Below, piece after piece: positions 38,394-48,658 of a stretch of DNA of 56,527 nt. This DNA comes from Reclinomonas americana ATCC 50394 (taxonomy: Eukaryota). The notes beneath the pieces were generated by a model that was given only the letters and a program-made list of their open reading frames with translations, was not told the DNA's origin and did not search any database. The stretch is taken from positions 1 through 56,527 of the forward strand of contig AFZH01020179.1 in the NCBI GenBank assembly GCA_048213135.1, in the 5' to 3' direction. Made by a program: the position numbers and the translations under genes. How positions within the stretch are numbered: the stretch's first letter is position 1; the number at the start of each line of letters is the position of its first letter.

Positions 38394-39881
38394 ATGTCGA
38401 AAGAAATCGTTGATGCCGCGCGCGTGAGCGGCGATTTGACCAACATCTTTTGTCTGGGGCCGTTCGCGAAGCGCGTGAGCTTCAGCGCCCAGCAGACGAG
38501 AGCGCTAAACCTAGTCTGGGCCCTCAACGAACAGAACGAGTTCAGTTCTGGCAACAGCGTGGCGGTCATTGGCGCGGGGGTCGCCGGAGTCACGGCCGCG
38601 GCGGCCTTCATCGCCTATGGATGCAAGGTCGATCTTTTCGAGGCTGCGCGGCGATCGATGCATCGGCAAAGGAAGACCGACCACCGGATGGTCCATCCGA
38701 CCATCAATCTCTGGCCCTTCCAGGAACCGTCCCTGACCGCCGATGGTCCCTTCCTGGAATGGCACGCGGCCAAGTGCGACGAGATTATCACCAACCTGTC
38801 GGACCAGTACGACCGATTGAAGGGCGACAACCGGCTGCTTGAGGACACCACGGTCACGGACATCTATCCGGTGGCCACCAAACTGCTCGCCTTGAACACT
38901 TCCAACGACGCCCAGGGCGAACAGACCTACGATCTGGTGCTGCTGGCGGTGGGGTTTGGCCACGAATATCCCGGCGAGGATTTCGAACACACGGACTACT
39001 GGCTGCCGGATGGCCTGGACCAGATCCGAAACGAGCCGAAGCGCGCCAAGACCGACGTCATCATCAGCGGCTGCGGCGACGGCGGCCTGATCGACGCCTT
39101 GCGGGTGGTGCACAGCAAGTTCGATCGCGGTCGTCTAGTCTTCTCGACCGCCTCGGCGCTGGTTGGCACCGAAATCGAGGAGAGCATCCGAAGAGGCGAG
39201 CGGGCCGCGCGGATCGCTAATGACGCGTCTGGCCTGGCCGCAGTCTATGAGGCGGCGGCTGAGGCGCTGGTGACCAAGCCCGAATATGCGACGTTGGATC
39301 AAAAGCTTCGCGCCTCCTTGATCCGACCGCCAGTCTTTCTGGTCGATAAATTCCTGAGCGCGCCATACTCGTTGTGGTCTGCGCCGATCCATAAACTGAT
39401 GATCGCTCACGCCCGGCGCTGTGGCTTCATCATTTTCTACAAGAGCGATGTGTCACGCCAAACAGACACGGATCGTATCAGGGCTGGTGACCGGTCGTTC
39501 GCCGCTGAGCCCGCCTCCAAGGTGGTGATCCGGCACGGCGCCAAGCCGAAGTTCGAACGCCTGATCGGGGATGCGGCGATCGCCGAGCTTGAGACGCGAA
39601 TGAAGGTGTTCGCCGATTTCCATGCCGATCGAAAGTGGCCCGACGACTACCCGCTTCCGCCAGGCGTGGCCCGTTATGAGATCGGGACGCCGGCCTTCAT
39701 GGAAAGCAAGCGAAAGCTGGCCAAGCGGGCGCTCAACGCGATCTCTCCCGACGCGGACCTGTCTCCTCGCGGCGCGGGCTTCGTCGTTCAGTGGGAAGAC
39801 GAAATTCCGCCCGACGCGCCCAAGGCTCTGTTCCGGGTAAAGGTCGAAAATGAACTCGTGCCGCCGGCGTTTGGCCTATGA
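38394..39881 (+). CDS. FAD/NAD(P)-binding oxidoreductase (FMO-like, resembling defence-effector type)
   Basis: QQTRALNL, VAVIGAGVAG and second dinucleotide motif ISGCGDGGLID. Confidence 0.7.
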   Translation: MSKEIVDAARVSGDLTNIFCLGPFAKRVSFSAQQTRALNLVWALNEQNEFSSGNSVAVIGAGVAGVTAAAAFIAYGCKVDLFEAARRSMHRQRKTDHRMVHPTINLWPFQEPSLTADGPFLEWHAAKCDEIITNLSDQYDRLKGDNRLLEDTTVTDIYPVATKLLALNTSNDAQGEQTYDLVLLAVGFGHEYPGEDFEHTDYWLPDGLDQIRNEPKRAKTDVIISGCGDGGLIDALRVVHSKFDRGRLVFSTASALVGTEIEESIRRGERAARIANDASGLAAVYEAAAEALVTKPEYATLDQKLRASLIRPPVFLVDKFLSAPYSLWSAPIHKLMIAHARRCGFIIFYKSDVSRQTDTDRIRAGDRSFAAEPASKVVIRHGAKPKFERLIGDAAIAELETRMKVFADFHADRKWPDDYPLPPGVARYEIGTPAFMESKRKLAKRALNAISPDADLSPRGAGFVVQWEDEIPPDAPKALFRVKVENELVPPAFGL

Positions 39882-40696
39882 AGCGACGGGTCTCTCTCCA
39901 GATTGGCCAGGCGCTGCGAACCCGCTCGGGCGTGGGCCAATGTCGCGTGGGCGCTGTGGTGCTCGACAAGGATGGCCGAGCCCTGGCCTTGACCGCGCGA
40001 CATCCGCTCTGGGCCGATCCTGAAGCGACGGTGTTGGACGCAGCGTCCGGTCAGGCGATTGGCGCGCGCCTTGAGCTGTCGCCGGCGGCGCTGACGGACG
40101 CAGCGTCGCCGCCATTCCATACGACGATCGGCGCGGTGCTGCTCGACGGCGACATCGACTATACCGAGGCACTGACGACACCGGCCGCCGGTGCCTACGC
40201 CACGGTTGAGGACCTGCGAGACAAGACCATTGTCAGCGTCGGTGCGGGTGATGCGGCCAGCGGCGTCGTCGTGGGCGTTGGAAGCGTCCGTTTCCTGGAT
40301 CCCTTCAGCGACAATCGCGTGAGGATGTCGGACGCAATCGAAATTCGCGTCGACTGCGGCGATCCGTTCCAGCGCGGCGAGGCCGGGTTGCTCTTCGTCG
40401 ACCAACTCGGCGCCGCCGTGGGCCTGCTCATCTCATCGGGCAAGCCAGGCCACGGCTACTTGGCGCCCTTGGCCAAGTTGCTGACGATCAACGGCCTGAA
40501 GTTCGCTGGCGACAGCGCCTTGCCCCTGTCCCTGGATAACGGTGGCGCCGACTTCGTTCTTTTGCTCGAAGCCCAGTTAGATCGGCTAGGCGAGACGAGC
40601 GCCGTCATGCGGCGAGCGCTCGAAGCCGAACCCAGCATGCACAGGGATCCGAGCGGTCAGCGGGTTCCGGAAAAACTCATGGCCCTTCTGGACTGA
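39878..40696 (+). CDS. Trypsin-like (S1) fold protein, probably catalytically inactive
   Basis: LTARH His motif is present, but GEAG replaces GDSG. ATGA overlap with the upstream gene. Confidence 0.55.
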   Translation: MKRRVSLQIGQALRTRSGVGQCRVGAVVLDKDGRALALTARHPLWADPEATVLDAASGQAIGARLELSPAALTDAASPPFHTTIGAVLLDGDIDYTEALTTPAAGAYATVEDLRDKTIVSVGAGDAASGVVVGVGSVRFLDPFSDNRVRMSDAIEIRVDCGDPFQRGEAGLLFVDQLGAAVGLLISSGKPGHGYLAPLAKLLTINGLKFAGDSALPLSLDNGGADFVLLLEAQLDRLGETSAVMRRALEAEPSMHRDPSGQRVPEKLMALLD

Positions 40697-40700
40697 CGCG

Positions 40701-43250
40701 ATGACCCTGGAGCCAGACGAGCAGGAGCGCGTAGCGCGAAAGATCTTGAGCTTGGTTGATCTGAGCCGGGATCTTGAACGGAATTTCGACGACAGCAGCT
40801 TTGCTAAGAACGGCGGCGAAATCATCTATGTCGTCGATGAAAACATCTTCGAGATGTTCCTCCGTCCCCATCGCCATCACGAGGCGGTCGAGACCTTCTA
40901 CGGTGAGGTCTGGGGTTCGGGGGGGAGCGCGGATCCAAGTTGGCGCCGGTTCGAGACGCAGGCTGCGATGATCGCCGCGGAGTTCCTGCTCTCCGGCGCC
41001 CTCCCTGGCGCCCGTGATGGAGTGGTCTACGTAACCGAACCGCATCGGTGGGAGCTCGCCGACCGGCTGGAAGTCGTGACCGGCGAGTTGCGGGGGCAGA
41101 TCGAGCAAGATCGCAGCCGCGTCGCCGAGGAGCTGCGCCGCAAGTTGGCGGTGTTCAGCCCAGGCGAGGTGGACAAGGAGACGCGATCAAGCCTGGCCGA
41201 TGCAACCCTGGCCGGCGACATGGCTAAGCTAGCGGCGGCGCAAACCCCACCGGCATTGCTGGAGCAGATGCGCTTGGCGCGCGGGGCTGCGGCCGTGCTG
41301 GCGGCCTCGGAACTTACCGAGCCGCTGGATCAGCTCCGAAGGCTCGTCTCCCAACCGCTGCGACGCCAGGTTCACTCCCTGCAGGTCGAGTTTCGCCCCA
41401 GCGAGCGCGACGTCAAGGCGATCGAGGAGGAGGCGGCCGGTTGGTTTGCCCTGCTGGTCGAGGAACTCAAGCAGGTCGGTCACCAGTCCCGGCAGCGCGC
41501 CAAGCGCGAGGAGGCGGGCCGGTCGCTTTGGAACGATGCGCGGTCGATCGCCTATCTGCGGTGGGTCTCAAGGCGACTGAGCGCCAATCAGCGCCTGGTG
41601 TTCGTCACCGGTGACCCGGTTCTTTTCGACGCCTATCGACGCTGGCATTCCAACCCGGAGGCAAAGCCTGGGTCATCGACCAAGCCCTCGCCGTCCAACG
41701 AGCCGTTCTTCATGAGGCGAGCGGTTCAGTTCAGTCCGATCTTCAATCCCAACGATATCGGCGGCGATCTCAGCCGCGGCCTCGACGGCGCCAGCGAGCG
41801 CGCCGTCCTGTTCTCGCTGATCCAGCAGGCGGTCGAAGCGACGCTGGTGTCGTTCAGTCTTGTCCAGGCTCAAGCCGTAGCCAACGCGTCCGACGGCGTG
41901 TTCAGCCGTCATAGAGAGCGGTTGGCGCTCAAGCTCGTCGAGCATGTGAGGGTGTTGAGCGATCCGGAGCTGTCGACCTTGCGCCAGCTCATTCAAAGCG
42001 ACCGCGTCGCCGAGCAGGGTCAGAAGCTCGATGAGATCCGCGACAATTGGCAGGAGTTGCACCGGCTGGCCATAGGCGCGTCCTACGAACTGATCATGCC
42101 GCGAATGAACGAGAAGGAGATCCGCGCCTTGGCGCCGGCGATCAACGCCGCCGCGCACGACAACGGCGCGGCCCTACAGGCTTATGCGGCGGAGATCATC
42201 GACAAGATCGTCAACGAGAGTCTGCACTTCTTTCTGCCCTTGGCTGAAACCATCATCGCCGGCGGCGCAGCTTCGGGCCACCCGCAGCGCTGGCCCAAAC
42301 GGCTCAATCTCGCGCTGCAACTCGACGATGAATCCCTGCGTGGTCAGCTCGGCCCCACCCAGCGCAACCTGCCGCCAGAGATGATCTTCGCGATCGCGGC
42401 CAAGCGCAGCCTCGAGCTGCAGGACGTGAACAATGCGGAACGGTTCTCGAGCCTGGCTGTCCGGGCCGACGACAGCGCCCGCATCCGTGATGGCGGCCTG
42501 CCGGGTTTTGCTTCCGAATTGCGCTACCTGAGCGCTGTCGCGCAAAGGTATCTGATCGCGACGGTGCGCGAGCATCTTGTCGGCAACGCGTCAGGCGAGC
42601 CTGATGCGCTCGCCATTATGCGCAGCATCGATCAGGTCAAGCTGACTTATGGCCGATCAGCTCAGCAAATCCACGCCTGCCTTTCCACCCATTTCTCATG
42701 GAACGACAGGCCGACGGCCGAGGACGCGAAGGGCCACCGCATGCGCTATGTGCGTGCGTTGTCCGAACGCGCGGCCCTAAACCTGTTCATGGCCACAAGC
42801 TTGGGACTTTCCGAGCCGCTGGCCGGGGACCAGATCCAGTCCGACGCACTCGCCTACCTTGACTTAGCACGAGGCGACCTGAAGCTCGCCGTCAACGAAA
42901 TGGACCGTATTGGCGAGGCAGATCCGATGTTGGAGGCTGTCAGCGAACAACTCATCCCCAACATCGCCGCGGCCGAGGTCCTGCGTTGCCTGCTGATCAG
43001 GGGCGAAGACTACCGCTTCGACACCTCCACCCGCGCGCAACAGCGGGCCATAGGGCGCTTCGCCATGGCTCAGAAGACGCCCCACCCACTCCTGGCCGCG
43101 GAACTCGAGGCCTTCTTCTTCCTGGCGGGCTGGCAACCGACAGATTTCAGACCGTGGGGGGAGAATGAGCGAATGAACGCTCAGGTCGCCAAGGTGCGCC
43201 TGCCGCTTGATCGGACATTGCTGAAGCGGATTCGCAGCGAGATCATCTGA
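40701..43250 (+). CDS. Large hypothetical protein with split PIN-like motifs and helical C-terminus
   Basis: YVVDEN, NDARSIAYL, VFVTGD acidic motifs. Confidence 0.6.
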   Translation: MTLEPDEQERVARKILSLVDLSRDLERNFDDSSFAKNGGEIIYVVDENIFEMFLRPHRHHEAVETFYGEVWGSGGSADPSWRRFETQAAMIAAEFLLSGALPGARDGVVYVTEPHRWELADRLEVVTGELRGQIEQDRSRVAEELRRKLAVFSPGEVDKETRSSLADATLAGDMAKLAAAQTPPALLEQMRLARGAAAVLAASELTEPLDQLRRLVSQPLRRQVHSLQVEFRPSERDVKAIEEEAAGWFALLVEELKQVGHQSRQRAKREEAGRSLWNDARSIAYLRWVSRRLSANQRLVFVTGDPVLFDAYRRWHSNPEAKPGSSTKPSPSNEPFFMRRAVQFSPIFNPNDIGGDLSRGLDGASERAVLFSLIQQAVEATLVSFSLVQAQAVANASDGVFSRHRERLALKLVEHVRVLSDPELSTLRQLIQSDRVAEQGQKLDEIRDNWQELHRLAIGASYELIMPRMNEKEIRALAPAINAAAHDNGAALQAYAAEIIDKIVNESLHFFLPLAETIIAGGAASGHPQRWPKRLNLALQLDDESLRGQLGPTQRNLPPEMIFAIAAKRSLELQDVNNAERFSSLAVRADDSARIRDGGLPGFASELRYLSAVAQRYLIATVREHLVGNASGEPDALAIMRSIDQVKLTYGRSAQQIHACLSTHFSWNDRPTAEDAKGHRMRYVRALSERAALNLFMATSLGLSEPLAGDQIQSDALAYLDLARGDLKLAVNEMDRIGEADPMLEAVSEQLIPNIAAAEVLRCLLIRGEDYRFDTSTRAQQRAIGRFAMAQKTPHPLLAAELEAFFFLAGWQPTDFRPWGENERMNAQVAKVRLPLDRTLLKRIRSEII

Positions 43251-43546
43251 AATGAACGCCTCGGATCTTGATCAAGAGCGGTCTTCAACTGCCGCCACCA
43301 AATACAAACGAATGCGTTGACGCTAGACGTTGATGCTCACCATGATTGCCGCGACATGAAGCTGCCCGCAGAAGGATGCCCTCTATGTTTTGGCGCATCG
43401 ACATGGCTTCCGCGCCGGGGTGAGACAGGACGTCAACGACCATGGCAGACGACAAGGGAATCCGCCTCGGACATTACGCTCGCGACCGCAACCTCGAGAA
43501 GGATCCGGTCAAGGCACCCGGGGGCGTCCGGTAAAACGCGCCGACG

Positions 43547-43589
43547 AATGTCCGCTTGCTGGAGCTGACCCAACGGCAGCTCGTGGCGC
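43547..43589 (+). repeat. Conserved intergenic bipartite motif, copy 1
   Basis: AATGTCCGCTTGCTGGAGCTGACCC-AACGGCAGCTCGTGGCGC. Confidence 0.75.
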
Positions 43590-43659
43590 GGAGCGGTTTG
43601 GCTTCGAAAGACCTAACGCGGCAGATTGCGTAGCCGGCTCCATGACTTAAGAGAAACGG

Positions 43660-46600
43660 TTAGACTTTTTTGGTGGCTCTCTTCTTCGGGCTAGGCTTTT
43701 TTACTGCACCGGGAGGCTTGCGCGGAGCACCTTTGGCGGTCGGCTTGCCGCCGGCGACGACGGCTGCGGTCTTCTGGATATCTTGGTTGAGGTCAAGCAC
43801 CATGAAGGTGACCTCAACCTCTTCTTCATCGCGCAAGTAGCGCGCGATGAAGCCTGGGGGCTGGTTGCCTTCAAGGGGAAGGCGTTGGTGACCTTGATAG
43901 GTGAATTTGGGTGGGGCGTGGGAGCGAGCGATATCTTCTAGGGTCGTCACGATCGAACCGATGTCGGGAACGATCGCGTATGTAAGGTGCGCGAAAACGC
44001 GGCAGGTCGAATAGCCGACCAGCTTCTGGAAGTGTTCCCTTAGCAGCCTCACCTGTGTGGAACTGGTCACCGGCCAACGGCAAACGATAGCCTCGACAAC
44101 GGCCACGTCGGTCGTTGCATAGCGGATCGTAAGGTCCCGCTCTCCCATATTGCCGGCCGCCGAGAAGCCACCTTTAGATTGGTCGCCGACTTGCCAGCCA
44201 AGGTCATGAACGCGAGTCTGCAACAGCTCCCGAAGGATTACGCTGACGTTGTCTTCCCAGTTGGGAAGGCCAAAGTCGCGGAGCGCCGAACGCAGGCCAA
44301 CAAGACTCGCCGCGCCGTGCGAGAGATAATCCCGAACCAATTCGCCCGAGGTCTTGCGACCGAGGATCTTGGCTTGCCGCTCGACCCCCGACACGCGGAA
44401 ATCGTTCAGCGCGGCCTTCACCGGTCCAATCTGGTCTTCGTTGAAGATGAAGGTTGCAGCCGCGTCGTAGCGAGCATTGGTGTTGATATGTTCGAGCGCA
44501 GCAGCCAGGGCAGGATCGCTGGCATGGGTCTGACGCCCCGCTTGAATCACCGCCAAGGCTTGGCGACCGTTGCCGAGTCGGTTCATCGCCACGGCCCGAT
44601 AGGCGAGTTGCCGCGGGGACGCGGTGATCGCGTCGCCACGATCAAGGGTTTGGATCGCATCCCCGGCCTCACCTACGGCTAATTGTAGAAGGGCCAGGTT
44701 CTCGACTATGGTCTCGCGAACTGACGGGCCGACGACGTCATTCAGAGCTTTGGCCTCATCGATGAGCGCTCGCGCCTCACCGACACTTTCCTCGCCTAAC
44801 CGCTCAAAAAGGTCCGTCCCGAGTAACAGGCTAATTCGGCTAGCCAGATGGTTAAGTCGATAGGCGGGGATATGCGGACGTTGCCTAGCCAGGTTGCCGA
44901 AGAGGCGCGCGGCTTCTCCCATTCCAGACTTGTTGGGTTGATCATAGGCAAGCAGGGCCTTATGGAACGAGAGGCTGTCCTCGGCTTCATTGACTTCGAA
45001 CGGTTTTAGCCCTTCAGGAGGCCGCAGCGCCGCCAAGGCCGTGGGATCGCGCCGCACCCAGGCAAGACGGACCTCCACCTTGAAGTCCTGAAGCAAGGTC
45101 GCTGAGCGACTACGGCGACGCCCCGCCTTGGAATGGTTCAGAAAGTCCTCGGCCTGTGTGGCCAGCCCAGCCGAGACGAGCGCTTCGATCCGCGCATGGT
45201 CGCCGTCAAACCCTTCCTCGCCGATGGCATCGGGTTCGATCTGTTCGATGCGTTTAATTATCGCCGACTTCAGCCCTGGTGGAACGAGGGTCGAAAGTTG
45301 AGCGAGGATATAGGGCTCCTCGACCCTAAAGATGGCGGCGAGGACGTCGTCTCGATCCGGCGGCGCCAGCACATTAAGGACCATCGACAGATCCTTCGCC
45401 AAGGGATGATCGTCCGGTCCGAACGGCGAACTGGTTTCGAGATGGGGGGAGAAGGCTCTTATACGGCCCAGCACAGGATTGTAGTCGCGCCCGCTGTCGA
45501 TGGCTTGTTGCAGGGCTTTGATCAGGTCTGGCGAAGCAGGTTTCGGCACGCCCGCGATCGCCCGACAAAGCACGCGAATGTGCGCACGCAGCGCACGCGC
45601 GGCTTGAGACTCTAACCATAGCGGGCTCTGAGAGCCGCCATGCATAAGGGCTTTCAAATCAAGCGGTTTGAGGAAGAGCGCCCGTGTGGCTTTGTCCGCC
45701 TTGCTGGCTTGATCGAGGGCGGCGCAAGCGCGCGGCGTCAGACGGCGTGTCGAGATCGTCAGATCGTCAGGCTTCAGCGCCAAAGCATAGGCGCGAACAA
45801 GCGCGCTCGCGTCATTCAGCACCGCGGCCGGGCCAATAGACAGGAGGTCCAGCGCCGTATCCAAGATCCATGGCGCCGAGCCGGGGACGATAAGCGCCTG
45901 GATCAAATGGTTGAGTATTGCCGAGAGGGTCTCGGCGGCCTGGCCTTGTAAGGCTTCGCGCAGGATCGGGAGATACGGCGATGGTGCCACGAGGTTTTGC
46001 ACAACCTCAAGGCGGGTCGGGCGGTGCAGGGCCGCCATCAGATCCGCGATTTCGCTTGCCCCATTCTGCGGCGGCTTCGCGGCAGCAAGCTGACGGGCCA
46101 GCGTCTCAGCGCAGTCGGAGAAGATCGCGATCTTGCCCGATCGTTCATCCTCCTCGTAGGACTTGCGGGCCCAGCCGCCTGGATTGTCCTCCCGTCGCAT
46201 GACCACGAGCCAAGCGGCCAAGGGAGCCGTTTTCGAATGAACGATCAGGTCGGCAAGCAGGATCGGATGACGGTTCACGTGCCAAAGCACCAGCACCAGC
46301 AGCGTGGGGTGCTCGACGGCTTGCTCGATCAGTTTCCAGCCGGCGTCGCGATGAGGGCCGTTGAATGGCTCATTGGCGAGATCGTCCAGAAGAAGGCGAA
46401 CGAAATCGTATAGCGGCCCATCGATCACGCTCTCAACGAGCAGGTCGTCCATCGGCGGGTCGCCCAGCCAACGGGCTCGCTCAACCAAGGTGGCGGGCAC
46501 GGGTGGCAGCGTCCAGCCCTGGCCCGATCCCCGAGCGTGCAGGGCTATCGTTTGGGAAAGCTCCGCGTGGAATGTCGACCAGTCGGCGGCCGTAGCCGAC

Positions 46601-47250
46601 GCCAAGTAAGCGCACGCGAGATCGCGAAAGGTTTCGGTGTCGGCGCTATTCCAGCAGAGATGCGGGATCACCTCGGGCGCTTGCAGCACACGCCAACGGT
46701 CGCGCCACTGTTCGAGCCTGTCGGGACCAGACGCCATTTCCCAAAGTCGCGCCGCGACCCACTCGGGCCTCTGGCAGCGCAGGTCGCGTAAGCTCAGAGC
46801 CCCGCCTTCCAGCCCGTCGATTACCTCGCTCAGCGCTGGGTCATTTTTAAGCGCTGGATCGAACGACCACGTCATTTTGTAACGGGTGCGGATCACCGAC
46901 CCGAGGGTCGCAAGCGCCGGGTCAGTCGAGTCCTCGATAGAGCGCGCCAAGGATGACGACGCCCATACGCGAGACCCTATAATTCGTATCCATCCGTCGG
47001 CGATCACCTGTTTGAACGGAAGAGAGGTCTCGGTCTGAGCCGCCTGATAGGCGGCCTCAAAAACGGAGAGATCGCCCTCGTGGTGCAGTGTCGCGCCGTT
47101 CAGCAGGCGAAGCATGGCTTCGTCCGAGAGCACGGTGTCGCCGCTCGGGGCCATAGGTACGCTGCGTTCAGGTAGATGGCGCGTCAAACGCTGCCGTAGG
47201 ACCTCACGCAACTGGTAGATGGTTGGCGCGGGTTGGCGATTCGGCGGCAC
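43660..47250 (-). CDS. Large helical/TPR-like protein with a C-terminal PD-(D/E)xK-like nuclease domain
   Basis: 1196-aa ORF. EDNVS..LRE.L...DQS..G..GERDLTI...VVEA near the C-terminus. Confidence 0.6.
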   Translation of the reverse strand: MPPNRQPAPTIYQLREVLRQRLTRHLPERSVPMAPSGDTVLSDEAMLRLLNGATLHHEGDLSVFEAAYQAAQTETSLPFKQVIADGWIRIIGSRVWASSSLARSIEDSTDPALATLGSVIRTRYKMTWSFDPALKNDPALSEVIDGLEGGALSLRDLRCQRPEWVAARLWEMASGPDRLEQWRDRWRVLQAPEVIPHLCWNSADTETFRDLACAYLASATAADWSTFHAELSQTIALHARGSGQGWTLPPVPATLVERARWLGDPPMDDLLVESVIDGPLYDFVRLLLDDLANEPFNGPHRDAGWKLIEQAVEHPTLLVLVLWHVNRHPILLADLIVHSKTAPLAAWLVVMRREDNPGGWARKSYEEDERSGKIAIFSDCAETLARQLAAAKPPQNGASEIADLMAALHRPTRLEVVQNLVAPSPYLPILREALQGQAAETLSAILNHLIQALIVPGSAPWILDTALDLLSIGPAAVLNDASALVRAYALALKPDDLTISTRRLTPRACAALDQASKADKATRALFLKPLDLKALMHGGSQSPLWLESQAARALRAHIRVLCRAIAGVPKPASPDLIKALQQAIDSGRDYNPVLGRIRAFSPHLETSSPFGPDDHPLAKDLSMVLNVLAPPDRDDVLAAIFRVEEPYILAQLSTLVPPGLKSAIIKRIEQIEPDAIGEEGFDGDHARIEALVSAGLATQAEDFLNHSKAGRRRSRSATLLQDFKVEVRLAWVRRDPTALAALRPPEGLKPFEVNEAEDSLSFHKALLAYDQPNKSGMGEAARLFGNLARQRPHIPAYRLNHLASRISLLLGTDLFERLGEESVGEARALIDEAKALNDVVGPSVRETIVENLALLQLAVGEAGDAIQTLDRGDAITASPRQLAYRAVAMNRLGNGRQALAVIQAGRQTHASDPALAAALEHINTNARYDAAATFIFNEDQIGPVKAALNDFRVSGVERQAKILGRKTSGELVRDYLSHGAASLVGLRSALRDFGLPNWEDNVSVILRELLQTRVHDLGWQVGDQSKGGFSAAGNMGERDLTIRYATTDVAVVEAIVCRWPVTSSTQVRLLREHFQKLVGYSTCRVFAHLTYAIVPDIGSIVTTLEDIARSHAPPKFTYQGHQRLPLEGNQPPGFIARYLRDEEEVEVTFMVLDLNQDIQKTAAVVAGGKPTAKGAPRKPPGAVKKPSPKKRATKKV

Positions 47251-47522
47251 TGGCTTGCGTCCAATGATAAGGTGGCTTTGGGGCCGTCGAGGTGAATGTG
47301 GTCACGCCGCCGGCCGCCGGCTCGGTCGAGATCGATGACACGCCGCCTCCCCCGAAACCAAGCTGAAGTTAGTGATATTCCCGCTAGAATTGCAAGATTG
47401 ACGGGCTAAACCAAAGGGCGTCATGCGCGCCACCTTGAAAGCGGCGCCAGTGAGAGGGAGTGCCTCGGAATTTGCCCGCACAAGCGGTCGCATACGAAGT
47501 CTCTCGGCACGCCTGGCTCATG

Positions 47523-47565
47523 AATGTCTTATTCCTGGAGGCAAGCAAACGGCGGCTCCTGGCGT
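47523..47565 (+). repeat. Conserved intergenic bipartite motif, copy 2
   Basis: AATGTCTTATTCCTGGAGGCAAGCA-AACGGCGGCTCCTGGCGT. Confidence 0.75.
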
Positions 47566-47727
47566 AACGGGGCGGCTAGTTGGGGGCGCACGTCAATCGA
47601 TGGCCTGGAGGTCAGTCGACGAAATCCGGACAATGCAGGATTGTGCCTAGTGCAACGATCCGCAGCACGATAGCTTGCGGCCAAGCTGTCGCTTCATCGC
47701 ATGAGTACGCTCCCCGAGGAGGGATCC

Positions 47728-48171
47728 ATGTCGCGTTCCGCTTTCATGGCCATGTCTCGCGTCGCTCTGGCGATCTCGGCGCTGTGCGTAGGAGCCTCGG
47801 CTCCCGCGCCGCCCCCCGACCCGGCGAGCGCGGCGCGCGCGCAGTTGCTGGCCGGAGAATGGATCCTCAAGGACGTCAACACCCACATGGGGTCGGCCGG
47901 CTGCACCGGCGGCAAGACCTACGTCTTCAAGGCCAGCCCGCCCGAAGTTACGATCGGCACCTGCGAGGCCGGCCGCTGGGTGAAGACCAAGGCGAGTTGG
48001 TCGCTCGCCCAGCCATCCGCCATCGACACCACCGTCACTATCGAAGGGCATCCCTACACGGTGCTGTTCCGCAAGGCGGGCGGTGTTCAGCAGATGTTGC
48101 TGCGGCGGCGCGACGGCGCGGGGAAAGCGGTGACGACGACCGACGAGGTTTTCCGGCTGTCGGACGACTGA
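47728..48171 (+). CDS. Secreted beta-rich (lipocalin-like) hypothetical protein
   Basis: GAGGAGG RBS, signal-peptide-like N-terminus, LLAGEW motif, Cys pair. Confidence 0.65.
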   Translation: MSRSAFMAMSRVALAISALCVGASAPAPPPDPASAARAQLLAGEWILKDVNTHMGSAGCTGGKTYVFKASPPEVTIGTCEAGRWVKTKASWSLAQPSAIDTTVTIEGHPYTVLFRKAGGVQQMLLRRRDGAGKAVTTTDEVFRLSDD

Positions 48172-48172
48172 C

Positions 48173-48658
48173 GTGGACGAGGACCGCAAGCGCGACTGGG
48201 ATGTTCGACTGGGATTTGTGGCTCCAGTCCTGACGCTTCTGAGCGTCGTGATCGGTGTCTGGCAGTTCAACGCCGGGGAGGAAAACCGGCGGCGCGAAGG
48301 TGTTGAGAGCGCCCGCCTCAAGGATGATATCGAATTTCGACGAAAGCTGTGGCTCGAGAAGTTGGAGCGTTACCGCAGCCTTTCGGAGTTGGCCGGGAAG
48401 ATCGTCTCGATGCCCAAGGGCAAGGCGCGCGATGCCGCCGTCCAGGATTTCAAGGGTCAGTATTGGGGCGCGATGATCCTCGTCGAGGACAAGGCCGTCG
48501 AGGAAGCCATGGTCGGCTTCTATCTCGAGCTGGAGGACGAGCGGACAGGGTGGAGCGTTGATCCCGATCGGCTCAAGGCAAGAGCGGACATCCTGATCAA
48601 AGCCTGCCGGCTGTCGATCGAGGCCGGCTCGTCCGCCGCTTTGAGTGCCGGCCGATGA
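48173..48658 (+). CDS. Single-TM hypothetical protein
   Basis: Hydrophobic LGFVAPVLTLLSVVIGVWQF segment, translationally coupled to neighbours. Confidence 0.65.
   Translation: MDEDRKRDWDVRLGFVAPVLTLLSVVIGVWQFNAGEENRRREGVESARLKDDIEFRRKLWLEKLERYRSLSELAGKIVSMPKGKARDAAVQDFKGQYWGAMILVEDKAVEEAMVGFYLELEDERTGWSVDPDRLKARADILIKACRLSIEAGSSAALSAGR

Noticed and set aside
43385-43400. TTTTGGCGC as an extra cassette-motif copy
   Set aside because: Only the 6-bp core matches; the AASGKC-GCT and AATGTC blocks are absent.
43317-43650. Short ORFs between the PIN-like and nuclease genes, also 50831-51289
   Set aside because: No convincing RBS or motifs; they overlap the repeat motif or the IS non-coding end.
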